NCBI GenBank assembly: GCA_964492745.1
Contig: CAZBLT010000012.1
Span: 5,162 to 69,161 of the forward strand
Direction of reading: 5' to 3'
Length of the DNA stretch: 64,000 nucleotides
Source: an uncultured Anaerolineaceae bacterium
Lineage (GTDB): Bacteria; Chloroflexota; Anaerolineae; Anaerolineales; E44-bin32
Position numbers and translations under genes: made by a program. The notes below the pieces were generated by a model. That model had not been told where the DNA came from and ran no database searches. It worked only from the letters and a program-made list of their open reading frames with translations. Numbering within the stretch: the stretch's first letter is position 1; every line of letters begins with the position of its first letter. Positions 44,357-53,400 of this stretch are shown here, piece by piece.

Positions 44357-44382
44357 AGAAAAGGCGGACCAGGAGGTCCGCC
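44357..44382 (-). terminator. Rho-independent terminator of rpoD
   Basis: On the minus strand: GGCGGACC-TCCT-GGTCCGCC followed by TTTTCTATC. It starts 22 nt after the rpoD stop (44404). Confidence 0.75.
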
Positions 44383-44403
44383 TAAAGGTTCGGCAAGCCA
44401 TGC

Positions 44404-45585
44404 TCATCCAAGATAATCGCGCAATTGGCGGGCGCGCCGGGGGTGGCGCAGGCGCCGCAGTGCCTTGCCCTCGATCTGCCGGATGCGCTCGCGGGTCAAG
44501 CCAAATTTCTGCCCCACCTCCTCTAGGGTATAGGGGCGGCCGTTGTGCAGCCCAAAGCGCAGGCGCAATATGCGCGCCTCGCGGGGACTGAGTGTGGAAA
44601 GGACCTCCTCGACCTTCTCGCGCAAGAGGTTTTGGTAGGCGGTTTGAGTGGGCGTGGGTGTGGTTTCGTCCTCGACGAAAGAACCCAATTCGGTGTCTTC
44701 ATCCTCGCCCACAGGTGTCTCCAAGGAAAGCGGTCGCCAGGAGACTCGCATCATCCATTGCACCTTGCGGGCGTCCACCCCCATCGCCTCGGCGATTTCT
44801 TCGGGCGTGGGTTTGCGGCCGATATCCTGCTCCATCTGGCGGGCGATCTTATAGAGCCGGCGGATGCGGTCGGACATGTGTACCGGCACGCGGATGGTGC
44901 GGCCCTGATCGGCGATGGCTCGGGTGATGGTCTGGCGAATCCACCAGGTTGCGTAGGTGCTGAAGCGGTAGCCCCGGTGGTAATCGAATTTCTCCACCGC
45001 CTTCATCAAGCCCAGGTTGCCCTCCTGGATGAGGTCGAGGAAGGGGACGCCGCGTCCCATGTACTTCTTGGCGATGCTCACCACCAGGCGGGTGTTGGCC
45101 TTGATAAGATGGTCCCGGGCAGCGCGGGCATCCTGGATATAGCCGTTGAGTTCGGCCCGCCGTTTGGCCGAAAGCCGGCCATTGCTCTTGGCCAACTCGG
45201 CCTCGGAGAACTTACCGCGCTCGATGCGTTTGGCCAAATCGACCTCTTGCTCGGTAGTGAGCAAGGGGACGCGGGCCATCTCCTTAAGGTAGAGTCCTAC
45301 GGTGTCGTCGCTGGAGATGGCGCTCAGATCGAAGGGTTGCAGTTCCTCCGCCTCGGCCGCCTGCAATAAATGGTCGGGGACTTGTGAGGGATCCTCGTAG
45401 ACCTCGATCCCGGCGCTGCGGAAGAAAGTCTGCAACCGATCGAGCCGCTCTTCAGAATCTTCGGTTTCGGGGAAGACGTTTACAATATCCTCGGTGGTGA
45501 TGTAGCCCTGGAAGTCACCTTTCTCGATCAGGGCTGCGAAAGCCTCGCGCTTTTCCCATCGGTCCTTGGATACGCTCATGCGCAC
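44404..45585 (-). CDS. rpoD: Primary RNA polymerase sigma factor (sigma-70 group 1)
   Basis: Region 2 is [35 protein letters not shown]. Regions 3 and 4 are intact, including [20 protein letters not shown]. Confidence 0.97.
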   Translation of the reverse strand: MRMSVSKDRWEKREAFAALIEKGDFQGYITTEDIVNVFPETEDSEERLDRLQTFFRSAGIEVYEDPSQVPDHLLQAAEAEELQPFDLSAISSDDTVGLYLKEMARVPLLTTEQEVDLAKRIERGKFSEAELAKSNGRLSAKRRAELNGYIQDARAARDHLIKANTRLVVSIAKKYMGRGVPFLDLIQEGNLGLMKAVEKFDYHRGYRFSTYATWWIRQTITRAIADQGRTIRVPVHMSDRIRRLYKIARQMEQDIGRKPTPEEIAEAMGVDARKVQWMMRVSWRPLSLETPVGEDEDTELGSFVEDETTPTPTQTAYQNLLREKVEEVLSTLSPREARILRLRFGLHNGRPYTLEEVGQKFGLTRERIRQIEGKALRRLRHPRRARQLRDYLG

Positions 45586-45653
45586 GCTCCTGGCGATACC
45601 AGCGATCCCCTATGTAGAAGCCCGGCGGGAGTGGCGGCTGCTGCCGGGCGGAC

Positions 45654-46148
45654 TTATGACTTCGTCCGCAGCGACTTGAGTACCTCCAACCGCGGGTCGA
45701 TCTCCGCTTCGGGGTGGCTGCAGGTCACCTCATTTCGATTCTCACCGCAAATCGGGCATAGCCCCAGGCAATCGGGGCGGCACACGGGTCGAATGGGAAT
45801 ATCCAGGAGAAGGAGCTCCCGCAGGACTGGCCCCAGGTCGAGGATGGCGCTCTCGGAAATGGCCAGCAGAGGGTCGCCCGCCTTATCGTGTGGGAAGGTG
45901 AATAACTCGCTGATCGATGCCTGCAGGGGCTGTTCGAAACTGGCCAGACAGCGAACGCAGTCCAGGCGGGTAAGGACTTCGAACTCGCCCTGTCCATAGG
46001 CGCCCTGGCCGGTGCGCGTTAGACGCAGCGAACCATGCAGTTCGGTGATTTCGAGGTCCTCGCCCAGGAGCAGATGGGGTAGGTCGAATTCAAAGTTGCG
46101 GCTGTAGCCGATGTTCTTGTTAAGCAAGAAACCGACATTCAACCGCAA
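45654..46148 (-). CDS. yceD: YceD/DUF177 family protein (large-subunit rRNA accumulation protein)
   Basis: The C-terminal CRPDCLGLCPICGENRNE motif and the length are typical of DUF177. TTG start. Confidence 0.85.
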   Translation of the reverse strand: MRLNVGFLLNKNIGYSRNFEFDLPHLLLGEDLEITELHGSLRLTRTGQGAYGQGEFEVLTRLDCVRCLASFEQPLQASISELFTFPHDKAGDPLLAISESAILDLGPVLRELLLLDIPIRPVCRPDCLGLCPICGENRNEVTCSHPEAEIDPRLEVLKSLRTKS

Positions 46149-46207
46149 CGGGTGACGTTGGTTCAGGTTCGCACCGCCTGGTATAGGGTTTCCAAAAAAG
46201 CGACCGC

Positions 46208-46216
46208 ATTATAGCA
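46208..46216 (-). promoter_or_regulatory. Extended -10 element TGCTATAAT upstream of yceD, inside an AT-rich island
   Basis: The reverse complement of ATTATAGCA at 46208-46216 is TGCTATAAT, 59 nt upstream of the yceD TTG start. Confidence 0.45.
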
Positions 46217-46355
46217 TAGATAGAATCTGAAATCAAGAAAGTATGATAATACTAAACATAACTAGAACAATCAAGCCTCCAGAACCCCTATATATGGCCC
46301 CTCCACCGAAGAGGATGCCACGATTGGTGATGGAGTACTGTTCGGATAGTCAAAT

Positions 46356-46961
46356 ATGATGAGACTGCTGCTTGCCACCCGCAACACCGGCAAACGCAAG
46401 GAATTCGAGGCGCTGCTTGCCGGCCTGCCATTGGAGCTCGTCTACCCCGAAGCGCTTCACGATCTCCAAGAGGTCGAGGAGACCGGCGCCGGATACGTGG
46501 AGAATGCCCGTCTGAAGGCCGTTACGCTGGCGATCCGGCATGGGCTCTGGACGCTGGCGGACGATACTGGCCTGGAGGTGGAGGCGCTGGGGGGCGCGCC
46601 CGGCGTGCGTTCGGCCCGTCTGGTGGGGCCGCAGGGCACAGACGAAGACCGCCGCGCCCGGCTCTTGGATCTCCTGGAAGGTCACCCTCGTCCATGGCGG
46701 GCGCGCTTTCGCTGTGTCGTAGCTCTGGCGGGGCCGCACGGGGAAATCGAGAGCGCGGTGGGTGAGTGCGCAGGGGAAATCATCCCCGAGCCGCGCGGCC
46801 ATCATGGCTTTGGCTATGACCCCATCTTCCTCGTGGATGGTCAAGAACGGACGATGGCGGAACTCCCGCTCGAGGCGAAGAACCACCTAAGCCACCGCGC
46901 CCGCGCTTTGCGGTCCTTAATGCCGGCCCTGCGGCGCCGTCTCGGCCTGCCGCTTGAATGA
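46356..46961 (+). CDS. rdgB: Non-canonical purine NTP pyrophosphatase (RdgB/HAM1)
   Basis: LLLATRNTGKRKEF, DDTGLEVEALGGAPGVRSAR and FGYDPIF motifs. Confidence 0.92.
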   Translation: MMRLLLATRNTGKRKEFEALLAGLPLELVYPEALHDLQEVEETGAGYVENARLKAVTLAIRHGLWTLADDTGLEVEALGGAPGVRSARLVGPQGTDEDRRARLLDLLEGHPRPWRARFRCVVALAGPHGEIESAVGECAGEIIPEPRGHHGFGYDPIFLVDGQERTMAELPLEAKNHLSHRARALRSLMPALRRRLGLPLE

Positions 46962-47003
46962 TCCCATTGTGAGCCGAGCCTGAACCCCTGGTCCCCGGTT
47001 CAT

Positions 47004-47792
47004 TCAGGACACGGGGCTCGTCTGCCCCAGATGGGCCATGAAGCGCCGGATGGCCTTCGCGACGACCTCCGACTGCTCCAGGGCCACCATGTGGCCAGCG
47101 CGGGGGATGAGGCGCAACTCGGCGCCAGGAATGTGCTCGGCTAGGAAGTGGCTATACTTGGCAGGGGTAAGGCGGTCCTCTTCCCCACAAAGAACCAGGG
47201 TGGGCACTTGGATCTCGCTCAGGCGCTCTATGAGATTGAATCTGTCACAGGCCAATAGATCGCGATGAAGGACCCCGGGCTCAATTTCGGCCATCCGCTC
47301 CCGGGCGAGGCGCACCAGCTCCGCCGGGGCATCCGCCGCATATGACCAATCCACAAGCTGCTGGATGGCCGCCTCGAATTGGCCTGGATCGCGGCTGGCT
47401 TCGAGCAATTCAGGGTGAACGCGCAAGCGGGCGCCGGTTCCTATCAGGATCAGGCCGGCTAACCCGCCGGGCCGCTCGAGAGCAGTGTGCAAAGCGATGG
47501 CCCCGCCCATAGAATGGCCGGCGAGCACGAAGGGGGGCAGAGCAAGCGCGGCGGCCCAATCCCAGAGGCGGTGAGCGTAAGCCGCGATGGTCTCCTCGCC
47601 CACACCGGAGGATTCGCCATGCCCGGGCAGGTCGGGAGCGAGCACTCGAAAGCCGGCCCGCATGCGCCGAATTTGTGGGGGCCAATGCAGGCGTGTGCCT
47701 CCCGCGCCATGCACGAGCACAAGCGGGGGAAAAGCCTCCTGTGAGAAATCCTGATGGTCGCTATAGGCCAGGCCTGCAGCCAGCGCGCACAT
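47004..47792 (-). CDS. Alpha/beta-fold hydrolase
   Basis: LVLVHGAGG, nucleophile elbow GHSMGG, C-terminal GHMVALE. The ATG immediately follows the trxB stop (TAAATG). Confidence 0.85.
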   Translation of the reverse strand: MCALAAGLAYSDHQDFSQEAFPPLVLVHGAGGTRLHWPPQIRRMRAGFRVLAPDLPGHGESSGVGEETIAAYAHRLWDWAAALALPPFVLAGHSMGGAIALHTALERPGGLAGLILIGTGARLRVHPELLEASRDPGQFEAAIQQLVDWSYAADAPAELVRLARERMAEIEPGVLHRDLLACDRFNLIERLSEIQVPTLVLCGEEDRLTPAKYSHFLAEHIPGAELRLIPRAGHMVALEQSEVVAKAIRRFMAHLGQTSPVS

Positions 47793-48716
47793 TTACGTGG
47801 TGGATTCCAGCCAACGCTCGGCCATCATCCCGGCCGCGGCTCCCTGGCCGACAGACGTTGTAACCTGACGGTACACAGAATCCTGGATTTCTCCTGCAGC
47901 AAAGACGCCGGGGACGCTCGTCATCATGCGGTCATCGGTGATCAGGTAACCGCGCTCATCCATCTCGAGCTGGCCCTTGAACAACTCCGAATTGGGATCG
48001 TGGCCGATGAAAATGAATACACCGTCAGCCTCCAATTGGAAGGTCTCGCCACTCTTGACATTGCGGGCCTTCACCCCCTCCACCTTGCCGTTCCCGACGA
48101 TCTCCTCCAGGACGGTGTCCCAGATGAACTCGATCTTCTCGTTGGCCAAGGCGCGCTGCTTGAGCGCTTCTCCGGCGCGCAGCTCATCCCGCCGGTGGAC
48201 GACGCGCACGCGCTTAGCGAAGCGTGTCAGGAAGAGCCCCTCCTCTAACGCGCTATCACCGCCTCCCACGACGATCACATCCTTGTCGCGGAAGAAGAAA
48301 CCATCGCAGGTGGCACAGAAGGAGACGCCCCTGCCGATCAGGGTCTCTTCGCCCGGGATGCCCAGACGTTTCGGCGAGGCGCCCAAGGCGAGGATGACGG
48401 CGTCGGCCTCGTACGTGTCACCGAAGGTCTTGAGCTGGAAGGGCGCGCCTTGAGTGAAGTCGACCTCTGTGACTTCATCGATCAGGAGCTTTGCACCGAA
48501 CCGTTCGGCCTGCTTCCGCATCAATTCAACAAGCTCAGGGCCGGTGATGCCTTCGGGGAAGCCCGGATAGTTCTCAACCTCGCTGGTGATGGAGATCTGG
48601 CCTCCGAGCTGGTTGCCGGAGATCACCAGAGGGTTCAGATTAGCTCGGGCGGTGTAGAGTGCGGCGGTCAGGCCCGCTGGGCCTGAGCCAACAATGATGA
48701 TGGTTTCCGTCGGCAT
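47793..48716 (-). CDS. trxB: Thioredoxin-disulfide reductase
   Basis: Contains [15 protein letters not shown], the redox-active CATCDG and GGGDSALEE. Confidence 0.95.
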   Translation of the reverse strand: MPTETIIIVGSGPAGLTAALYTARANLNPLVISGNQLGGQISITSEVENYPGFPEGITGPELVELMRKQAERFGAKLLIDEVTEVDFTQGAPFQLKTFGDTYEADAVILALGASPKRLGIPGEETLIGRGVSFCATCDGFFFRDKDVIVVGGGDSALEEGLFLTRFAKRVRVVHRRDELRAGEALKQRALANEKIEFIWDTVLEEIVGNGKVEGVKARNVKSGETFQLEADGVFIFIGHDPNSELFKGQLEMDERGYLITDDRMMTSVPGVFAAGEIQDSVYRQVTTSVGQGAAAGMMAERWLESTT

Positions 48717-48728
48717 GGCACCTTCACC

Positions 48729-48980
48729 TCATTCTTTCGGGAGATAATGGTCGCGCAATCGATTGGCGAGATCGCCCATGGTATGCCGTAGCCACCAAAG
48801 GGGCGCCCGAGTGAGCACCCGCCCGCTTAGGCTCATCAATGGCTTGCGGCATGGGTCGTCTGGGTCACCTGGTCGGCAGCCGACGCGCTGCCGGCCGCAT
48901 CGGGTGCAGGGGCCCGGCTCGGCTGCTGGCAGCAGGCAGTTCGGGCAAAGGAAAACCTGAGGCTCAGCTTCGCAAGTCAT
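48729..48980 (-). CDS. Hypothetical small Cys-rich (zinc-ribbon-like) protein, 83 aa
   Basis: MTCEAEPQVFLCPNCLLPAAEPGPCTRCGRQ has a CxxC...CxxC arrangement. GAGGG lies 7 nt upstream of the ATG at 48980. Only the C-terminal third of the 237-aa track ORF is accepted; the rest is Arg/Gly/Pro-rich. Confidence 0.45.
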   Translation of the reverse strand: MTCEAEPQVFLCPNCLLPAAEPGPCTRCGRQRVGCRPGDPDDPCRKPLMSLSGRVLTRAPLWWLRHTMGDLANRLRDHYLPKE

Positions 48981-49450
48981 TGGAATACCCTCACTCGCTC
49001 GCATAACATTGTAAGCGACGGCCTCGCTGCTTGCCAGACCCATCCAGGGGCCGTTCCTCGGACGCCGATTTGGCCGCCAACGAGAGACCTCCTGCCAGCA
49101 TGGCTCGCCCCCAGCGCCCAGATAGGGCTGCGGCGGAGAAACGCCGCCAGATCCTCTGGTGAGATGGCAGGCGGGCCGTGCCCATGAATCGAAGCCTTGA
49201 AGAACACAAGGAAACCGCTGATGGCCGGAACCAAGGTCCCGGCAGCCAGGCTCACCATGAGTGCCCAATGGCTGGGGAGCATTTCCTGGCTCCGGAGGCG
49301 AGCGCAGAGCTAAAGCGCTGCCGCGAAGAGGGTGGCGGCAGAGAGGCCGGCAGGCAGGCCCAATCCGGGATTCTCGATCCCAAGCCACAAGAACCATAGG
49401 GCTCCGGCAACGCCCCAGGCCGTCCGCAATGCCCAGCGCCAAGTAGTCAT
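48977..49450 (-). pseudogene. Membrane-protein reading frame interrupted by one in-frame TAG (49310-49312)
   Basis: The frame reads MTTWRWALRTAWGVAGALWFLWLGIENPGLGLPAGLSAATLFAAAL, then TAG, then LCARLRSQEMLPSHWALMVSLAAGTLVPAISGFLVFFK... The terminal TGA overlaps the ATG of the zinc-ribbon ORF (ATGA). This could instead be two small genes or a sequencing error. Confidence 0.3.
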
Positions 49451-49467
49451 CGACTAAGCCTTGGCCA

Positions 49468-50142
49468 TCAAGACGCGCTCCCCGCTTCCGGACGGGAAGT
49501 GCTTGGGCGGGCAGCGGTTTGGGCGCGCCCTAGAAGCAAGAGAAGGATCAATTGCATACCGGCAGTCGCCCAGAAATTCCGGGTGAAGAGGAAGAGGGCA
49601 GCAGAGAGCAGCGCGCGCAAGGGCAGTTCTGGAGGGGTTCGCCGCGGGCCCTGGCGGGCGAAGGCGCGTATGGCCCACTCGGCAACCGCCAGGGCCAATC
49701 CCGCCGCGATCCCAAGTGGCGCTGATCCAAGCCACAGGATCCCCGTGGCCCGGTAGAGGGCGAAACGGGGCTCATCCAACCACCGGAGCCAGGGATCAGC
49801 GCCCTCGAAGAAGGGAGCGAGGTAGTGTCCTGCCCAGCGAGCCGCGGCCAGGGCCAGTGCGCATATCGGCAGCGTGTAAGCCCAGGAGACCGCAGGGAAG
49901 CCGCGCAGGCCGAAGTCACGCTCAGGGATAGATCCCAGAAACAGCGCCAGGTAGGCGATCGCCACACCATGCAGCCAGGGTGCCAGCGGCGCCAAGAAGG
50001 GATAGGCGCGCGGCCAGCGGGCCTTAAACCGGCGGGCCGCCGGCGGGGCCAGTGCGGGGGCCAGAACCGCCAGAGCGCTCCAGGCAATTGCTTCAGAGAT
50101 CAAAGCTGCCTCCAAGGGCGGCAAGGAGAAGGGCCCATGCAT
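49468..50142 (-). CDS. Hypothetical polytopic membrane protein
   Basis: 224-aa ORF with about 6 hydrophobic segments, directly downstream of the histidine kinase on the same strand. No family recognised. Confidence 0.5.
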   Translation of the reverse strand: MHGPFSLPPLEAALISEAIAWSALAVLAPALAPPAARRFKARWPRAYPFLAPLAPWLHGVAIAYLALFLGSIPERDFGLRGFPAVSWAYTLPICALALAAARWAGHYLAPFFEGADPWLRWLDEPRFALYRATGILWLGSAPLGIAAGLALAVAEWAIRAFARQGPRRTPPELPLRALLSAALFLFTRNFWATAGMQLILLLLLGRAQTAARPSTSRPEAGSAS

Positions 50143-50190
50143 GGCGGGGGCGCGGCGGATGGCCTCCAGCGCCAGGTGCGTGGCGTGAGG

Positions 50191-51945
50191 TCAGCAGGGT
50201 ACGGAGAGGCGAATGCAGGTGCCCTTGCCCTCCGCGGATTCGACATGCAGTGTGCCGTTCACCAGCTCCGCGCGCTCGCGCATGGTGACCATGCCGAGGC
50301 TGCCGCGCTGAGCGTAATCCGAATCTACAGCGCCGACGTTGAAACCCACCCCATCATCCTCGACCTCGAGCAGACATGCGTCGCCTTCTCGGCGCAGGCG
50401 GACCCAGATGTGCTCGGCGGCGGCGTGTTTGCGGGCGTTGTTGATGGCTTCCTCGGCAACATAGAAGATCACGCCTTGCTTGGCCAGGTCCAATTCGTCC
50501 ATCAAGTCGGGGTCCAGATCGAGGAGCACGCGCTGATGGTGGGTCTCGCGCATCTTCTCGGAGAGTTGGTAGAGGGCGGCGGCCAGCCCCTGGCTCTCGA
50601 GGATCAGAGGTCGCAACGTGAAGAGCATATGGCGAATCTCGCGCGTCGTCTGTCTTGCCATGTCCTCGATGCGGGTGAGTTCTTGGGCGGCCTGTTCCTG
50701 ATCACGTCCCATCAGGCGGCGGGCGTGGTTGACGCGCATCGTGATCGCTGCCATGGTCTGGGTGGGGCCATCATGGAGGTCGCGGGCAAGTTTCTTGCGG
50801 GCCTCCTCCTGGAGCTCGCTGATGCGCTCCTTTTCAGCCACCAGATCCTCGTAGAGGTGGGCGTTCTGGAGAGCGATGGTCACCTGCTGGGCGATGGAGG
50901 CCAGCAATTCCCTGCGGTCCCGGTCGAAGAAACGTGGCGTTGGATGGCAGAAGAATAGCAGGCCGTAGGTCTCCAAGCCGTGGGCGAGTGGTGCGATGAG
51001 CACTTCGGCGTAGTTCTCAAGCTGCGGAATTTGGCGCAACTCCGGATCGTTCTCCGGGTATAGCACAGTGTGCACATCCCCGCGCACGAGAGCACGACTG
51101 AGAGCGCCTCCCTGCGTGGAGAAGACAAGCGCGGTGTCCTCGATCTTGAGGTTGCGGGCGGCGAAGATGCGAAAGCCCTGCTCGGTTAGGATCACGAGCG
51201 CGGATGCCAACCGGTAGGGCTCGCCGCCGTCTGCTCCAAGGGCGCGGGAGCAAAGCTCAAGCGCCTGGTCAACAACCGTATTGATATCCAGGCTGGCGTT
51301 GATCTCTGCGGCCATTCGGAAGAGTTCGTGGGCGCGCTGGCGCTCCTCGGCCCGTGCTCGCTCGACTTCCGCCAATTTTGCTGCCCCGGACTCGCGCAAA
51401 CGGTCCAGTGCGGCGTGGCCCTGGGAGGTGAGAAGCGCTGCCAAGGGCAGCACTACGAGAGCGAAGGCAGGCGCGCCGAGGAAGGCCAGCATGGGATCAC
51501 CCTGTGCAGCCGTGCCCAGCAGTCCAGTGAGCAAGGCAACGATGGTTCCGATGGCCAGGCCTCCCCAAACGCCCATCCGGATGCCGGCACAAACAGGCGC
51601 AACCAGCAGACTGGCCCAGAGGGGGCTCTGTAGGTAGCCGGAGACGAGCACCGTGATCGATCCGAAGCCCAGATCGAGCGCGGTGATGATTCCCAGGCCT
51701 TGCCCGTCCGGCCAGTCGCCCAACTGAGCCAGGCTGAGCGCCAGAGTTAGCAAGGCCCAGATTCCCAGCAATAAGACCAGTGGGCGCGTGAGGATGCCAG
51801 CGTATCCGGCGAGGAGAGGAAGGCCGAACAGGAAGACGCCCCGCAGAATGGAAGCGAGGATCAATCCCTCCTGGGTGCGTTCCGGGGAACGGCTGGCCTG
51901 CATAGCCCTATGATACCCCCTTCCCCGTGGATGCAGCCAACGCAT
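50191..51945 (-). CDS. Sensor histidine kinase: multi-TM N-terminus, GAF, HisKA_3, HATPase_c (NarL-partner type)
   Basis: H-box LARDLHDGPTQTMAAI (HisKA_3). ATPase region EAINNARKHAAAEHIWV...VEDDGVGF...GSLGMVTMRERA. The central GAF-like region contains NYAEVLIAPL. No response regulator is adjacent. Confidence 0.85.
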   Translation of the reverse strand: MRWLHPRGRGYHRAMQASRSPERTQEGLILASILRGVFLFGLPLLAGYAGILTRPLVLLLGIWALLTLALSLAQLGDWPDGQGLGIITALDLGFGSITVLVSGYLQSPLWASLLVAPVCAGIRMGVWGGLAIGTIVALLTGLLGTAAQGDPMLAFLGAPAFALVVLPLAALLTSQGHAALDRLRESGAAKLAEVERARAEERQRAHELFRMAAEINASLDINTVVDQALELCSRALGADGGEPYRLASALVILTEQGFRIFAARNLKIEDTALVFSTQGGALSRALVRGDVHTVLYPENDPELRQIPQLENYAEVLIAPLAHGLETYGLLFFCHPTPRFFDRDRRELLASIAQQVTIALQNAHLYEDLVAEKERISELQEEARKKLARDLHDGPTQTMAAITMRVNHARRLMGRDQEQAAQELTRIEDMARQTTREIRHMLFTLRPLILESQGLAAALYQLSEKMRETHHQRVLLDLDPDLMDELDLAKQGVIFYVAEEAINNARKHAAAEHIWVRLRREGDACLLEVEDDGVGFNVGAVDSDYAQRGSLGMVTMRERAELVNGTLHVESAEGKGTCIRLSVPC

Positions 51946-52530
51946 GGCCGCTTCTTCGAAGTGTAGAGAGCCGATCAGGCGCCTGCGCGGCGATAGACTT
52001 CAAGATGGCTTAGCAGCATCAAGATGAATCCTGCCAGTGTCGTGAGCGAATAGATCGCGTATGGAGGGCGGGGGCTCCATCGAGTGGTGCCGATGTGCCA
52101 GAAAGCAACGAGCGTGGAGGAGATGATGATCAAAACGGTCGCAGCCCGGAGGGGGCGATGGGATGCGAGAGCAAATCCGGATCAGTGGGCCTGGATGGCC
52201 GGAGCGGCGCATGTCTTCGAAGCGCCATCCATGTCGTCAGCAACAGGGCCGGGAGCAGAAGAAACGCGGCGACATGGTGCGGCGCAGTCCCGAGAAGGAA
52301 CAATGACCGCCGCCAGGAATAGATAAGTCACGGCGGTGTAGTAACGTCAGGTCTCGATGAAGCATAGCGTCGAATCGGTCCCCGGAAGATGACTTCCGAG
52401 AAGAAGGCCAGCGAGCAGGAAGCTGCAAGTACGTGGATCCAGCTTCGGTGCATAGGTGTCGCGCATATCAGGGGTTGGTTCCTCATGAAGAGCCATCGAA
52501 TTTGCAGCAACAAAGTCGCGCCGGATCCTC

Positions 52531-53400
52531 TTAGGAGGGGTTTGTGTTCCCTTGCCGGCGGGGCGGGGTCCAAGCCAAGCCACGTCGGGGCGCAAACAGG
52601 AAGACCAGCAGGAAGATGCCTGTTTCGACCAAGACGATGGCCGGGCCAGAGGGCATGTTGAGGTAATAGGAGAGCAGCAGGCCCAGGAAGGAGGAAGTCG
52701 CGCCGATAAAGGCCGAGAGCACCATCATGGAGGGCAGGCGCCGGACAAGGAGGTACGCCGACGAGGCCGGTGTTACAAGCATAGCCAGCACTAAGGCCAC
52801 CCCAACGGCTTGGATCGAGATCACGATCACGAGGGCGAGCAACACCAGCAGCAGGTTTTCGAGCAGCCGCACAGGCAGGCGCAGGGTCTGGGCCAGCACA
52901 GGGTCGAACGACAGGACCAGGAATTCCTTGTAGAAGGCGAAGATTGTGAGGAGGACGAGCCCTCCCAGGCCTGCCATGAGCCATAGGTCGGCCGGCCCAA
53001 CGCCCAGTAAATTGCCGAAGAGGATATGAGCCAAGTCAACGGCGTAGCTGCCTTCGAGCGAAATCAGGGCCACGCCCAGGGCGAAGGAGCCGGCGAAGAC
53101 GATGCCCACGGCGGCATCCTCACGTATGCGGGCGCGGCGACTGATGGCACCAATGGCCAGCGCCGCAAGCACTCCCACGATGAGCGCACCTGCGGGAAGA
53201 GGCCAGCCAAGCAGGAAGGCAAGAACCACCCCCGGAAGAATGATGTGCGCCAGAGCGTCTCCGAAGAAAGCCAGGCCGCGGAGCACGACATAGGTGCCGA
53301 GCACAGGACAGACGGTTCCCATAAGCAACGCGGCCAGCAAACCCCGTTGCATGAAGGCATAGCCAAAGGGATCGGTCAGCCACGTTACCAACTCAGACAT
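52531..53400 (-). CDS. znuB: Metal (Zn/Mn) ABC transporter permease, ABC-3 family
   Basis: Start at MSELVTWLTDPFGYAFMQRGLLAALLMG. The ATG overlaps the znuC stop (ATGTCTGA). Typical ABC-3 pattern. Confidence 0.9.
   Translation of the reverse strand: MSELVTWLTDPFGYAFMQRGLLAALLMGTVCPVLGTYVVLRGLAFFGDALAHIILPGVVLAFLLGWPLPAGALIVGVLAALAIGAISRRARIREDAAVGIVFAGSFALGVALISLEGSYAVDLAHILFGNLLGVGPADLWLMAGLGGLVLLTIFAFYKEFLVLSFDPVLAQTLRLPVRLLENLLLVLLALVIVISIQAVGVALVLAMLVTPASSAYLLVRRLPSMMVLSAFIGATSSFLGLLLSYYLNMPSGPAIVLVETGIFLLVFLFAPRRGLAWTPPRRQGNTNPS

Noticed and set aside
42385-45369. Long plus-strand ORFs 42385..43272 (295 aa) and 44545..45369 (274 aa).
   Set aside because: They are antisense to xseA and rpoD respectively, both unambiguous. 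The translations are low-complexity Gly/Arg/Ala-rich.
48981-49442. N-terminal two-thirds of the 237-aa ORF 48729..49442.
   Set aside because: It has Arg/Gly/Pro-rich, non-protein-like composition. A hydrophobic reading frame on the same strand fits better. Only the C-terminal 83-aa Cys-rich part, which has its own RBS, was kept.
49825-50958. 377-aa plus-strand ORF.
   Set aside because: It is antisense to the well-supported histidine kinase and to the membrane protein. The composition is Arg/Gly/Gln-rich with no recognisable motif.
52182-52349. In-frame TGA codons (52182, 52347) as selenocysteine or stop-codon reassignment.
   Set aside because: TGA clearly terminates many well-defined genes here (gatA, znuC, zur, permease). 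There is no obvious SECIS-like hairpin immediately downstream, and the flanking peptide context is not a redox motif.
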